DNA from: Polyangiaceae bacterium
GTDB lineage: Bacteria > Myxococcota_A > Polyangia > Polyangiales > Polyangiaceae
Direction: 5' to 3'
Length of the DNA: 64,000 bases
Assembly: GCA_035063585.1 (NCBI GenBank)
Contig: JAPSGB010000027.1
Location: 1-64,000 of the forward strand
Shown here: piece by piece, positions 8,725 to 18,671 of the stretch
Layout of the letters: each line of letters begins with the position of its first letter
How positions within the stretch are numbered: position 1 is the stretch's first letter
The notes under the pieces: generated by a model
What the model saw: only the letters and a program-made list of their open reading frames with translations
Databases searched by the model: none
What the model was told of the DNA's origin: nothing
Position numbers and translations under genes: made by a program

Positions 8725-11679
8725 GTGAGCGCCCGCTCGGTCGTCGACTCGCTCATCGCGTTCTTCGCGATGATCGCGTGCCTCGCGGCGCTCGGGCGGG
8801 TGTTCGACGTGGCGCTCGCGCGGCCGCCGACGGGCGTCTATGCGCCTCCGCCTCCCGAGCCGATGGGCGAACGCGACGCGGAGCTCGCGGTGGTGGCGCG
8901 GGCCGGCGCAGACCGGCGTCCGGTCGCGGGCGCGGCGGTGCGCGTCTTCCACGAGCGCGGTGGGCGCTACTACGACGCGGGGAGCGCGCGCACCGACGCG
9001 AGCGGGCGCGCGCTGCTCCGTGGGCTGCCGCGCGGCGCGGCGTGGGTCATCGTCGATGCCGACGGGTTCGCGCGCGTTTCGATCACGCTCGTGCTCTCCG
9101 GTGACGCGCGCGCCGCCGAGGTGTCGCTCGAGCCGGCGGTCGCGCTCGCCGTCGAGGTCCGCGACGAGGAGCAGCGGCCGCTCGCTGGCGCGACGGTGCT
9201 GGTAAGCGCCGCCGATCCGCTACCGTTCGGCGCGCTCACCGGGAACGACGGCCGGGTGCGCTTCACCCGCCTCGGCGCGGGCCCCTGGGCCGTGAAGGTG
9301 TCTGCGCGCGGCTACGAGTCGGTGACGCGCGCCGGGATCACCGCCGACACCACCGTCGAGCTCCGCCGGCTCGGGATGCTCGAGGTGCGGGTGGTGACCG
9401 CGGGCGGCGCGCCGGTCGCCTTTGCGGACGTGGTCATCACCGGGCCCGCGCTCTGGCCCGCGCGGCGCGCGACCACCGATCAGCGCGGAGTAGCGCTCAT
9501 CTCGGCGTTGCTCGCCGGGTCCTATGACCTGAAGGCAGAGAAGGGCGAGCTCGTGTCGGACACGCTGCTCGGAGTGCCGCTCGCGCGCGGACAGCATCAG
9601 AGCGTGACGCTCGAGGTGCGTCCGGGGCGAATGGTCACGGTAGTGGTCACCGACGGGGACGGCGACAGCCCGCTCGTCGTGCCCGGCGCCGATGTGGTGC
9701 TCGCCGAGAGCGGGCTAAGCTCGTTCCCTCGTCGCGGACGCACCGGCGCCGACGGCTCCCTCGTGCTCGGGCCGCTCGCGCCAGGGCCCGCTACGCTCGC
9801 CGCGCGCGCCGACGACTTCGTGCCTCGCGGCGGCGTCCCGGTGCCGGACGTGCTCGACGGTCCGGTGCGCGTCGCGCTGCTCCGCGGCGGGGTGATCGAA
9901 GGCGAAGTGGTGGACTCGAAGGGCGTCCCCGTCGACGGGGCGAGCATCGAGATCATCGGCACCGATAGGTCCGGGCTTCCCGTCTCCGAGACGCCGATGA
10001 TGATGGCGTTCCGGCGCGAGCACTTCGAGTGGGCGCTCCCCGGGCCGCTCCCGCTCATCCCGGCGGGCGAGCTCGGCGTGATGCCCGGCCCGGTGCCACC
10101 CATCCCCGGTGCGCTGCCCGCGTCGGACGCGCCCGAGGCGGAGTCGCCGGCGAGCCCGCGCGTCGAGCTCGCGCCGTGGGTCACACGCTTCGACGGCACC
10201 TTTACGGCCAAGCCGGTGACGCCCGGTCGCGTCCGCGCCCTGGTGCGCCACCCGTCCTACGTCGAAGCAACCAGCGACGCGGTGAGCCTCGCGCCGGGGG
10301 GGCACGCGAAGGTCCGCGTCGTGCTGCTCTCGGGCGGCGCGCTCGAAGGCACCGTGGTAGATGAGCGCGATCGTCCCGTGGAGGGCGCGCGGGTCGAGCT
10401 CTCGGCGGTCGAGGGCACCCTCGAGCGGAGCACGCTCACCGCGAGCGATGGGAGCTTCGCGTTCGCGGCGGTGCCCGCGGAGATAACGCTCTCGGTCGCG
10501 CGCCCGGAGGAGCCGACGCGCGCCGTCATCCGTCGCGCGCTCGAGGTGAGCGAGGGGCAGCGCGCGACGGTGCGTCTCGCGCTGCCGCCGCTGCGCGGCG
10601 CGGTGAAGGTCGTGGTGACGAGCGAAGAGCGCGAGCCCGTGGATGCCGCGCAGGTCACGCTCCTCTCGCTCGACCCCGACAGCCCCTTCCGCCAGACGCA
10701 GTTCACGACCGCGGACGGCACGCAGTCCTTCGACGACGCGGCCGGGCTACCGCTCCGCGTCGTGGTCGAGGCGCCCGGCTGGGCCCGCATCGCGCTCACC
10801 ACGGAGCGCGCCGACGAGACGATCGAGCTCGCGCTGAAACACGGGGTGCTCGTCGAGGGGCGTGTCACCGGGGTGCGCGGCCGCGAGCTCCTCTCCGGCG
10901 CGAGCGTCACCCTGGTCGCGGACGGACTCAGGAAATCGGCGCTCACGGACGCCGAGGGCAGGTACGTGCTTCGCGATGTGACGCCCGGGCCAGCGCGGCT
11001 CATCGTGAGTCACCTCGACCACGCGACCGCCGAGACGACCGTGCGGATCGAGGCGACCGGCCGCGCGGATCGGGCCTTCGAGCTCCCGGACGTCGATCTC
11101 GCCGAGCCGGCCACCGTCGAGGGCGAGGTCCTCGACGGCGCGGGCAAGCCCGTGACGGGCGCCCGCGTGGCGGTCGGCGTGGTCCCCGCGTATTTGCCTG
11201 CCGGCGCGCTGCCGCCGGGGCTTGCCGTCACCGACGCGAGCGGCCGCTTCAAGCTCACTGACGTAGCGCCGGGCGCGCTCACCATCGAGGCCTACGCGGT
11301 GGACGTCGGCCGCGGTGAGGCGCGCGCCGTCCAGGTGGACGCGGGCCACGCGGTCACCGGCCTCGTGATCCGCCTCGCGCCGACCGGCGCCGACGACGAG
11401 CCCGCGAGCTCGGGCGGTGTCGCCGTCACGCTCGGCGAGCGCGGCGAGGGGACCTCGCTCGAGGTCGTGATCGTTCAGGTCGCGGAGGGGAGCGAGGCGG
11501 AGCGGGCGGGCCTTCGGGAGGGCGACGTCATCCTCCGCATCGACGGTGCGCAGCCGGAGGACATGCGCGACGCACGGCGTCGCCTCGCCGGTCCGCTCGG
11601 CGCCGATGTGCTGCTCGAGCTCGAGCGTGATGAGGTCACGCTGAGGGAGCGCGTCAACCGGGAGCCCGTCCGTCGTTGA
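8725..11679 (+). CDS. carboxypeptidase-regulatory-like (transthyretin-like) repeat protein with C-terminal PDZ domain
   Basis: Repeated G.V.D..G.PV.GA.V / TD..G.F modules; PDZ GSEAERAGLREGDVILRIDG; N-terminal TM helix. Confidence 0.85.
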   Translation: MSARSVVDSLIAFFAMIACLAALGRVFDVALARPPTGVYAPPPPEPMGERDAELAVVARAGADRRPVAGAAVRVFHERGGRYYDAGSARTDASGRALLRGLPRGAAWVIVDADGFARVSITLVLSGDARAAEVSLEPAVALAVEVRDEEQRPLAGATVLVSAADPLPFGALTGNDGRVRFTRLGAGPWAVKVSARGYESVTRAGITADTTVELRRLGMLEVRVVTAGGAPVAFADVVITGPALWPARRATTDQRGVALISALLAGSYDLKAEKGELVSDTLLGVPLARGQHQSVTLEVRPGRMVTVVVTDGDGDSPLVVPGADVVLAESGLSSFPRRGRTGADGSLVLGPLAPGPATLAARADDFVPRGGVPVPDVLDGPVRVALLRGGVIEGEVVDSKGVPVDGASIEIIGTDRSGLPVSETPMMMAFRREHFEWALPGPLPLIPAGELGVMPGPVPPIPGALPASDAPEAESPASPRVELAPWVTRFDGTFTAKPVTPGRVRALVRHPSYVEATSDAVSLAPGGHAKVRVVLLSGGALEGTVVDERDRPVEGARVELSAVEGTLERSTLTASDGSFAFAAVPAEITLSVARPEEPTRAVIRRALEVSEGQRATVRLALPPLRGAVKVVVTSEEREPVDAAQVTLLSLDPDSPFRQTQFTTADGTQSFDDAAGLPLRVVVEAPGWARIALTTERADETIELALKHGVLVEGRVTGVRGRELLSGASVTLVADGLRKSALTDAEGRYVLRDVTPGPARLIVSHLDHATAETTVRIEATGRADRAFELPDVDLAEPATVEGEVLDGAGKPVTGARVAVGVVPAYLPAGALPPGLAVTDASGRFKLTDVAPGALTIEAYAVDVGRGEARAVQVDAGHAVTGLVIRLAPTGADDEPASSGGVAVTLGERGEGTSLEVVIVQVAEGSEAERAGLREGDVILRIDGAQPEDMRDARRRLAGPLGADVLLELERDEVTLRERVNREPVRR

Positions 11680-11710
11680 GCGTGGGAAGCGTCCCTGGCA
11701 GACGCGCGCT

Positions 11711-11854
11711 TCAGTGCTCGGGGTGATCGTCGAGCGGCTCGGTCGGCTCGCTGAGGTCCGCGCCCGGCCACAGCAGGAAGAGCAGCGGAATGAGCGAGAC
11801 TGCGGCGACCAGCAGCCCGATGAGCTTGAACTGGGTGACGATGCCAGCTTCCAT
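11711..11854 (-). CDS. putative 47-aa single-TM small protein
   Basis: Manual translation MEAGIVTQFKLIGLLVAAVSLIPLLFLLWPGADLSEPTEPLDDHPEH*; TAAGGT upstream; strongly GC3-biased codons. Confidence 0.6.
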   Translation of the reverse strand: MEAGIVTQFKLIGLLVAAVSLIPLLFLLWPGADLSEPTEPLDDHPEH

Positions 11855-12151
11855 TTCGCCCGGACCTTATCCGCTTCGCCGCGCGACGCAAGCCTCCGCC
11901 GCGGCCCGCCGGCGCGCGCGGCCCATGCACTGTGATTTTGCGCAGCGAATTGGCGCCGCGAAGCGAGCCCCGCCCGGGGAGCGGCGGCCAGCTGCGTGAG
12001 CCGAGCCCGCGCCGCCGGCCGCCGCCGCCGGCGGCCGCCGGTTCGCCACCCGCCGGGCGCGCGGATCGGGCAAGGATCTTCGCGTTCGAGCCTTGGCACG
12101 CGGCGCGCATCGCGGTCGCGCATGCGCGCCGCCCAGGCTATCATCGAGGCT

Positions 12152-12946
12152 GTGAGCGACTCGGCGAACTTCGTCGCGGTTCGTTACGCGGTCCCATCCG
12201 CTCGCGAGACCTGGGCGCTTCCGGAGGGGAACGTGCCCGAGTCCACGTCGCACTACGAAATCGCCGAGTATATCCGCCAGGTCCTCATCGCGTGGGCCGA
12301 GTCGCTCGACCGGCCGGTGCGCGTGGCGCGAAACCTCGCGATTCGCTGGCAAGATGGCGCGACCCCGATTGGCGTCGATCCGGACGTGTGCGTGCTCGAT
12401 CCGCGCCCCGGCGCGGAGTCGATCTCGAGTCTCCGGCTTTGGCAGCCGGGCGAGCTGCCTCCCACCCTCTGCTTCGAGATCGTGAGCGCGAACCACCCGC
12501 ACAAGGACTACCGCGACCTGCACGAGCGCTACGCGAACGTGCGCGCGCGCGAGCTCGTGGTGTTCGATCCCGAGCTGGCGGGCCCGCGCGCGCTGGGAGG
12601 TCCGCTGCTCTTTCAGCTCTGGCGGCGCGCCGAAGATGGCACCCTGGAGCGCGTCGCCACGGGCGACGGTCCGCTCCGCTCGGAGGTGCTCGGCTGCTAC
12701 ATTTCGGCGAAGCATGGCAAGCTCGCCTTCAGCGACCAGCCGAGCGGCGCGGGCAGGTGGCTCACGCGCGAGGAGCGGGAGCGCGCGGCGGCGCAGCGGG
12801 AGCGCGCCGAGAAGGAGCGTGCGCAGGACGCCGAGTCGGACGAGCGTGCCGAGAAGGAGCGGGAGCGTGCCGAGAAGGAGCGCGCCGAGGCCGAGGTCCG
12901 CGCGCTCGCCGCGCGCGTGGCGGAGCTCGAGGAGCGGCTCGGGTAG
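12152..12946 (+). CDS. Uma2/DUF820 family PD-(D/E)xK endonuclease-fold protein with coiled-coil tail
   Basis: VPESTSH, DPDVCV, FEIVSAN, ELVVFDP motifs; AEKER repeats; GTG start 7 nt after TATCAT (alternative ATG at 12122). Confidence 0.85.
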   Translation: MSDSANFVAVRYAVPSARETWALPEGNVPESTSHYEIAEYIRQVLIAWAESLDRPVRVARNLAIRWQDGATPIGVDPDVCVLDPRPGAESISSLRLWQPGELPPTLCFEIVSANHPHKDYRDLHERYANVRARELVVFDPELAGPRALGGPLLFQLWRRAEDGTLERVATGDGPLRSEVLGCYISAKHGKLAFSDQPSGAGRWLTREERERAAAQRERAEKERAQDAESDERAEKERERAEKERAEAEVRALAARVAELEERLG

Positions 12947-12985
12947 CGCCGCGCGGTCGCCTCGGTCGCCGGCCGCGCCGCCCCG

Positions 12986-14146
12986 TCACCCCGGATGGAC
13001 GGCGGCCGAGACGAGCTTGGCGATGGTCGCGAGCTGCATGTTGCTGGTGCCCTCGTAAATCTTTCCGATCTTCGCGTCGCGGAAGAACTTCTCGACCGGG
13101 TAGTCCTTGGTGAAGCCGACCCCGCCGAGCAGCTCGACGGCGAGGCTCGCCGTACGCTCGGCGACCTGCGACGAGAAGAGCTTGGCCATGGCGGCCTCCT
13201 TCACGAAGCTCGCGCCCGCGTCTTTCAAGCGTGCGGCGTTGTAGACCATGAGGCGCGCGGCCTCGAGCTCGGTCGCGGCCTGCGCGTACTGGAATTGGAG
13301 CCCTTGGAACTCCGCGAGCGGCTTACCGAACTGCTTGCGCTCATGAAGGTAACGAACGGCGTAATCGAGCGCGCCCTCCGCGAGCCCGATCATCTGCGAG
13401 CCGATGCCGATGCGACCCTCGTTCAAGGTCTCGATGGCGATCTTGTAGCCCTTGCCGAGCTCGCCGAGCACGTTCTCCTCGGGTACCTCCGCGTCTTCCA
13501 GGAGGAGCTCGCAGGTGCTCGAGGCGCGGATACCGAGCTTGTCTTCCTTCTTGCCGACCGAAAATCCCTTGAAGGATTTTTCCACTAGGAAAGCGGTGAT
13601 GCCGCGATGACCTCGGCTCGGATCGACGTTGGCGAACACGATGAAGAGCGAGCTCTCGGCGCCGTTCGTGATCCAGAGCTTGCGGCCGTTCAAGAGCCAG
13701 CGGTCGCCCCGCTTCTCGGCGCGGGTGGCGAGCGCGAAGGCGTCCGAGCCCGAGCCCGCTTCGCTGAGCGCGTAGGAGCCGACCCACTCGGAGCACAGCT
13801 TCGGCAGGTAGCGCTGCTTCTGCTCGGCGTTCGCCCAGCGCAGGATGCAATTGTCGACGAGCGTATTTTGCACGTCGACGAAGACGCTGATGCTCGGATC
13901 GACGACCGCGAGCGCCTCGACCGCCAGGATGGCGTTGAAGAAGCTGCTCCCGGCGCCGCCGTACTCGCTCGGCACCTCGACGCCCATCACGCCGAGCTCG
14001 AAGAGGCCCGGGATGAGCGCGCCATCGACCTCTGCGGCGCGATCCATTCTCTCCACGGCGGGCGCCACGCGCTCGCGGGCAAAGCCGCGCACGGCGCTCT
14101 GAAACAGGCGTTCTTCTTCGCTGAGTGAGGTGAGCGGCTGAGTCAT
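12986..14146 (-). CDS. acyl-CoA dehydrogenase (short/branched-chain type)
   Basis: YALSEAGSGSD, GRKLWITNG, KLGIRASST, RDAKIGKIYEGTSN. Confidence 0.95.
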   Translation of the reverse strand: MTQPLTSLSEEERLFQSAVRGFARERVAPAVERMDRAAEVDGALIPGLFELGVMGVEVPSEYGGAGSSFFNAILAVEALAVVDPSISVFVDVQNTLVDNCILRWANAEQKQRYLPKLCSEWVGSYALSEAGSGSDAFALATRAEKRGDRWLLNGRKLWITNGAESSLFIVFANVDPSRGHRGITAFLVEKSFKGFSVGKKEDKLGIRASSTCELLLEDAEVPEENVLGELGKGYKIAIETLNEGRIGIGSQMIGLAEGALDYAVRYLHERKQFGKPLAEFQGLQFQYAQAATELEAARLMVYNAARLKDAGASFVKEAAMAKLFSSQVAERTASLAVELLGGVGFTKDYPVEKFFRDAKIGKIYEGTSNMQLATIAKLVSAAVHPG

Positions 14147-14244
14147 GGCGCGGAGCCTAACCACTACTCGGCCGCGTCGAGAAGGTCTGGTTGTCGGCCC
14201 GGCGCGGAAACCGCCCGGATCGGCCGTGCTATCTTCGCCGCGGG

Positions 14245-15345
14245 ATGAGCGGAAACAGCTTCGGTCAGGCGTTTCGCGTCACCACGGCCGGCGAGAGCCA
14301 CGGCCCGGCGAACCTCGTCATCATCGACGGCTGCCCGCCGGGGCTGCCGCTCTCCGTGGACGATCTGCGCCCCGATCTCGCGCGCCGCCGTCCGGGCCAG
14401 AGCCGGCTCGTGTCGCAGCGGCACGAGGAGGATGAGCCCGAACTGCTGAGCGGCGTGTTCGACGGCCTGACGACCGGCGCGAGCATTGCGATCCTGATCC
14501 GTAACCAGGACCAGCGGAGCCGCGACTACTTGGAGCTAGCGGACAAGTACCGCCCGGGCCACGCCGACTACACCTACGATGCGAAGTACGGCCGCCGCGA
14601 TCCGCGCGGCGGCGGGCGCGCGAGCGCGCGCGAGACGGTCGCGCGAGTGGCGGCGGGAGCGGTCGCGAAGCAGCTCATCCTACACGCATTCGGCGGCCGC
14701 GTGCTCGCCTACGTCCGGGCGGTCGGAGAGGTGACCGCGGAGCTCGAGGATCCGGCCTCCGTGACGCTCGAGATGGTGGAGCGCACGCCCGTGCGCTGCC
14801 CCGAGCCGGGTGCGGCGGCGCGGATGATCGAGCTCATCGAGCGTGTGCGGAGGGAGCAGGACTCGGTGGGCGGGGTCGCCGAGATCGTCGCCACCGGCGT
14901 CCTCCCCGGGCTCGGTGAGCCGGTCTTCGACAAGCTGAAGGCCGAGCTCGCCAAGGCGCTCTTCAGCATCCCGGCGGTCACCGGCGTCGAGGTGGGCGCG
15001 GGGTTCGCTGCCGCGAGGATGCGCGGCAGCGAGCACAACGACGTCTTCGTGCCGGGCGCCGACGGCGCCATTGCCACCGCCTCGAACCACCACGGCGGGG
15101 TGCTCGGCGGCATCAGCACCGGCGCCCCCATCCTGCTCCGCGTCGCGGTGAAGCCGACCAGCAGCCTGCCGCGCGAGCAGCCGACCGTGACTCGCGACGG
15201 CGCGCCGACCACCGTCCGCACCACCGGACGCCATGATCCGTGCCTCCTCCCGCGCTTCGTGCCGATCGCCGAGGCGATGGTCGCGCTCGTGCTCGCCGAT
15301 CACTGGCTCCGGTGGAACGGCACGCGCGCGCTCGTGGCGCGGTGA
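14245..15345 (+). CDS. aroC: chorismate synthase
   Basis: GESHG, RPGHAD, RGGGRASARET, GGISTG, GRHDPC signatures. Confidence 0.97.
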   Translation: MSGNSFGQAFRVTTAGESHGPANLVIIDGCPPGLPLSVDDLRPDLARRRPGQSRLVSQRHEEDEPELLSGVFDGLTTGASIAILIRNQDQRSRDYLELADKYRPGHADYTYDAKYGRRDPRGGGRASARETVARVAAGAVAKQLILHAFGGRVLAYVRAVGEVTAELEDPASVTLEMVERTPVRCPEPGAAARMIELIERVRREQDSVGGVAEIVATGVLPGLGEPVFDKLKAELAKALFSIPAVTGVEVGAGFAAARMRGSEHNDVFVPGADGAIATASNHHGGVLGGISTGAPILLRVAVKPTSSLPREQPTVTRDGAPTTVRTTGRHDPCLLPRFVPIAEAMVALVLADHWLRWNGTRALVAR

Positions 15346-15367
15346 GCGCGCGCCCACCGCGCCGCTG

Positions 15368-16549
15368 TCAGCGCACCTTGCACCCGACGCGCCGAGTGGC
15401 AAGGACGACGTCGTCGTAGAGGATCTCTTGCGTCTCCGGGGCGACCAGGCCACGCGCGATGCGCGCGTCGAGCGAGCCCTTCTCGAAGTAGGTGTCGAGC
15501 GTGATGCGCCTCACGAGCACGTCGTCGGAAGAGCGCCAGTCGAACCCCTCGAAGCCGCCCTGATCTTGGAAATACGGGCCAAAACTGTAGAAGTTGTCGC
15601 GCAGCCAGCGGCCGCGCGGCGTGCCCGTCTTGTACTCACCAACCAGCGCATCATCGACCCATAGCGCGAGCTCGCCGTCGAAGGAGCCGACGGTGTTCAC
15701 CTTCGTCATCGTCTCGATGCAAAACCAGCGATCCCGCGGGAACGGAGCCTGCCCCGCCGGGGTGAAGTTGTTGCCATAGTAGTAGGTCGTGCCCTGATCG
15801 CCCGCGCAACCGGGCGTCGCCGAGCCGTCGTTGCAGCGCCCGGAGCGCATCTTGTACCAGTACGCGTAAAAGCTCAGGTTGCCGTCGTCGTGCGCGTCGA
15901 GGTCGTACCAGAAGCCTTGATTGCCCGAGGGGACGGTGTTCGCGAGGCCGTCACTCTGGAACGCCGGGGTGCCGGCGGCGAGCCGCACCCAGTGGTGCGG
16001 CGGCACGCTCGTCCCGACGAACTTCGCGTAGAATCGCCAGAAGACGACCGGCACGCGCGTCTCGAGGTCATACTGCGCGTTCACGCCGATGTAGTTGTCC
16101 TCTGCCAGGCGCGAGCGGCTGATGCTCGCGCGGAGGTAGCGTGAGCCGCCGTTCGCGCGCGCGGCGTCGGTGTCCACGTCGAGCAGCGTCTGGTCCTGGC
16201 TGTGGCGCGTCCAGCCCGTGAAGCCGTCCTCGAAATCCGAGTGGAAGAGGACGTCCGGATCGGCGCCGATCCCCTGGTCGCCCGGGTACTTCGCGGAGAG
16301 GCCGGTGCCGCTCGGCGGCGCGCCGTCCGCGTCGCCGCCTTCGCTCGGCGGCGGCTCGCCATCGGCTTGGGCGTCGGCAGGGGCGTCCGGCGCGTCAGGC
16401 CCGGACCCGTCGGTTCCCGGTGTCGCGCCGTCCTCGAGTCCCACCGGCCCGCCGTCGTTCGGTGGGTGGCTCGCCGCCGACTCGCCGCAGCCGCCGGCCG
16501 CGCCGGCCATACCCAGCCCAACCAAGATCGAGATGACCGCCCGCCTCAT
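15368..16549 (-). CDS. secreted lipoprotein with ConA/polysaccharide-lyase-like beta-sandwich (putative)
   Basis: Lipobox AGGC, Pro/Gly linker, YPGD.GI..DP.V.F..DFE motif, RWFCIE..K.NT.G..DGEL.LWVD. Confidence 0.65.
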   Translation of the reverse strand: MRRAVISILVGLGMAGAAGGCGESAASHPPNDGGPVGLEDGATPGTDGSGPDAPDAPADAQADGEPPPSEGGDADGAPPSGTGLSAKYPGDQGIGADPDVLFHSDFEDGFTGWTRHSQDQTLLDVDTDAARANGGSRYLRASISRSRLAEDNYIGVNAQYDLETRVPVVFWRFYAKFVGTSVPPHHWVRLAAGTPAFQSDGLANTVPSGNQGFWYDLDAHDDGNLSFYAYWYKMRSGRCNDGSATPGCAGDQGTTYYYGNNFTPAGQAPFPRDRWFCIETMTKVNTVGSFDGELALWVDDALVGEYKTGTPRGRWLRDNFYSFGPYFQDQGGFEGFDWRSSDDVLVRRITLDTYFEKGSLDARIARGLVAPETQEILYDDVVLATRRVGCKVR

Positions 16550-16611
16550 GACCGCATTCGAGCGCAAGCCGCGACGACATGCAAACAGTCCCTCCGCGCC
16601 AGCCTGCGGGC

Positions 16612-17721
16612 TCAGTCGCCGAACGCGAAGAACGTGGCCGACACGCGCCACATTCCGCCCTCGGCGATCTCGCTCACGCGCCAGCGGAGCTCGTGCTCAC
16701 CCGGTTCGGTCATCGGGCCGCCCTCGAGGATGAAGGGCGGCGTCATGCTCCCCGGGCACCAGTTGGCGCGCGGCGCACGCACGCTCTCGATGGCGCCGCA
16801 GGGGTTCTCCTTGCAGTAGTCGAAGCCCGCCCCGCCGTTGTCCTGGTGCGCGAGCGTGCAGAGCGCGTCGCAGTCGGTGCGCCACGGATCGAGGAGCCCG
16901 ATCTGCTGCTCGTCGAGGAACACCGTGTGCACGCGCGCGCAGAATTCCTCCGCGGGCCCGATGCACCCCGCGCCGGTGCCGCCGCCGTGCCCGGTGACGC
17001 GATACTCGACGCGCGCGCGCCGCGTCCCCTCGGGGACGACCAGCTTCGCGGAGCGCTCGTTCGCGTCCGGGCCGCTCTGATCACCGTAGAAGAGCGGCGT
17101 CACCGCGAGCACCCGGCGCGGCGCGGGGCCGGGCGTCACCTCGAGGCGCGCGGTCACGTTCCAGCCGCCGCTCGAGCCCGAGACCTTCCCCGCGCCGTCC
17201 GCCCAGGTCGGGATGGTGACCTTCAGCCGATGCTTGCCCGGCGAGCCGTTGGCGACGTCGGTCACGTCGACCTCGAGGTGCTCGGGCCCGCCGAATGGCG
17301 TGATGGCCCGCACCAACTCGAGGCCCGGCGCTGCGCCGTCCGCCTCGGGATCGTCGAGCGAGAGCTCGAAGTTCCGATCGAACGCGTCGCAGTCGGCCGG
17401 CCAGTCTTGCCCGGGGGGCGGCGGGTTGTCCTTCCAACCGTCGAACGGGTAGCAAGTCGTGCCGAGGTCGACGACCAGCTTCACCGACGCGAAGGGCGCG
17501 TCGCGCAGCTCGATGTCGGCGGTCGCGTGCTGGAAGTTCGGCGCGCTCGAGTCGCTCGTGATCCGCACCGCGTCGAACGCCTCGATGGTGTATGGCGACG
17601 AGGCGGCGGGCCCGTCCGCGCCGCCGTCGGCTCCCGCGGAGCCTCCCTTCGCCTCGTCGCCGCCGCCGCATCCGAGGACCGAGAGGGCCGCCCACACCGC
17701 CAGACTGAATCCGCGCATCAT
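16612..17721 (-). CDS. peptide-N-glycosidase F-related lipoprotein
   Basis: Lipobox VLGC; CDAFDR, ELVRAITPFG, VTGHG, AEEFC, RANWCPG motifs of PNGase F-like domains. Confidence 0.82.
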   Translation of the reverse strand: MMRGFSLAVWAALSVLGCGGGDEAKGGSAGADGGADGPAASSPYTIEAFDAVRITSDSSAPNFQHATADIELRDAPFASVKLVVDLGTTCYPFDGWKDNPPPPGQDWPADCDAFDRNFELSLDDPEADGAAPGLELVRAITPFGGPEHLEVDVTDVANGSPGKHRLKVTIPTWADGAGKVSGSSGGWNVTARLEVTPGPAPRRVLAVTPLFYGDQSGPDANERSAKLVVPEGTRRARVEYRVTGHGGGTGAGCIGPAEEFCARVHTVFLDEQQIGLLDPWRTDCDALCTLAHQDNGGAGFDYCKENPCGAIESVRAPRANWCPGSMTPPFILEGGPMTEPGEHELRWRVSEIAEGGMWRVSATFFAFGD

Positions 17722-17840
17722 GAAGCGAAATCTACCGCGCCGCGGGCGCGTCTGACCAGCCGGGCGCGGCGCTCCCCGGGGGGATGCCGGTCCGCCCCGG
17801 CCGGCGACGGGGCGCGGGGTCGGTGCTAACGTCGCGGACG

Positions 17841-18641
17841 ATGCGGGAGCTCTTTCGGGGAACGTGGGCGCTGGTGACCGGGGCGTCGTCGGGGATCGGC
17901 GAGGAGCTCGCGCGACAGCTCGCGCGGCGCGGCGCGAACCTCATCATCACCGCGCGCTCGCGGGATCGGCTCGAGGCGCTCGCGGCCGAGCTCCGCGAGC
18001 GGGAGCGGCTCCGCGTCGAGGTCGTGGTCGCCGACCTTGCCACGTCCGGCGGCGTGGAGCGGCTCCGCCGTGAGGTCGACGCGCTCGACGTCTTCGTCGA
18101 GCACTTGATCAATAACGCCGGGTTCGGCCTGGCTGGCGGCTTCGCCGCGAGCGACGTCCGCGTCGATCTCGACATGGTGCGGCTCAATTGCGAGGCGCCG
18201 ATGGTGCTCGCGCGGCATTTCGCTCCGTCGATGGCGGCGCAGCGCCGCGGCGGGATCTTGAACGTGGCCTCCACCGCCGCTCACCAGCCGATGCCGTACA
18301 TGGCCGTCTACGGCGCCACCAAGGCGTTCCTCCTGAGCTGGTCGGTGGCGCTCGGCGAAGAGCTGCGTTCGCGCGGCGTGCGCGTGTGCGCGCTCTGCCC
18401 GGGACCCGTCCCCACGCGCTTTCAGGAGGTCGCCGGCACCGCGCTCGGATTTCAGTCGATCGCCGCGCTCTCCGCCGAGGAGACCGCGCGGCGTGGGCTC
18501 GAGGGTTACGAGCGCGGGCGCGAGGTCGTGGTCACCGGCGCGGTCAACACCGTGCAGACGCTCACCAGCAAGATGCTCCCGCGCGCGGTTGTCACGCGCA
18601 GCCTCGGATTTGCCATGAAGCGCATGGGCCGGAACGACTGA
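17841..18641 (+). CDS. classical SDR oxidoreductase
   Basis: TGASSGIG, NNAG, S, YGATK. Confidence 0.93.
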   Translation: MRELFRGTWALVTGASSGIGEELARQLARRGANLIITARSRDRLEALAAELRERERLRVEVVVADLATSGGVERLRREVDALDVFVEHLINNAGFGLAGGFAASDVRVDLDMVRLNCEAPMVLARHFAPSMAAQRRGGILNVASTAAHQPMPYMAVYGATKAFLLSWSVALGEELRSRGVRVCALCPGPVPTRFQEVAGTALGFQSIAALSAEETARRGLEGYERGREVVVTGAVNTVQTLTSKMLPRAVVTRSLGFAMKRMGRND

Positions 18642-18671
18642 GTCACGTGAAAGGTGGTACCCTCCGCGGCG

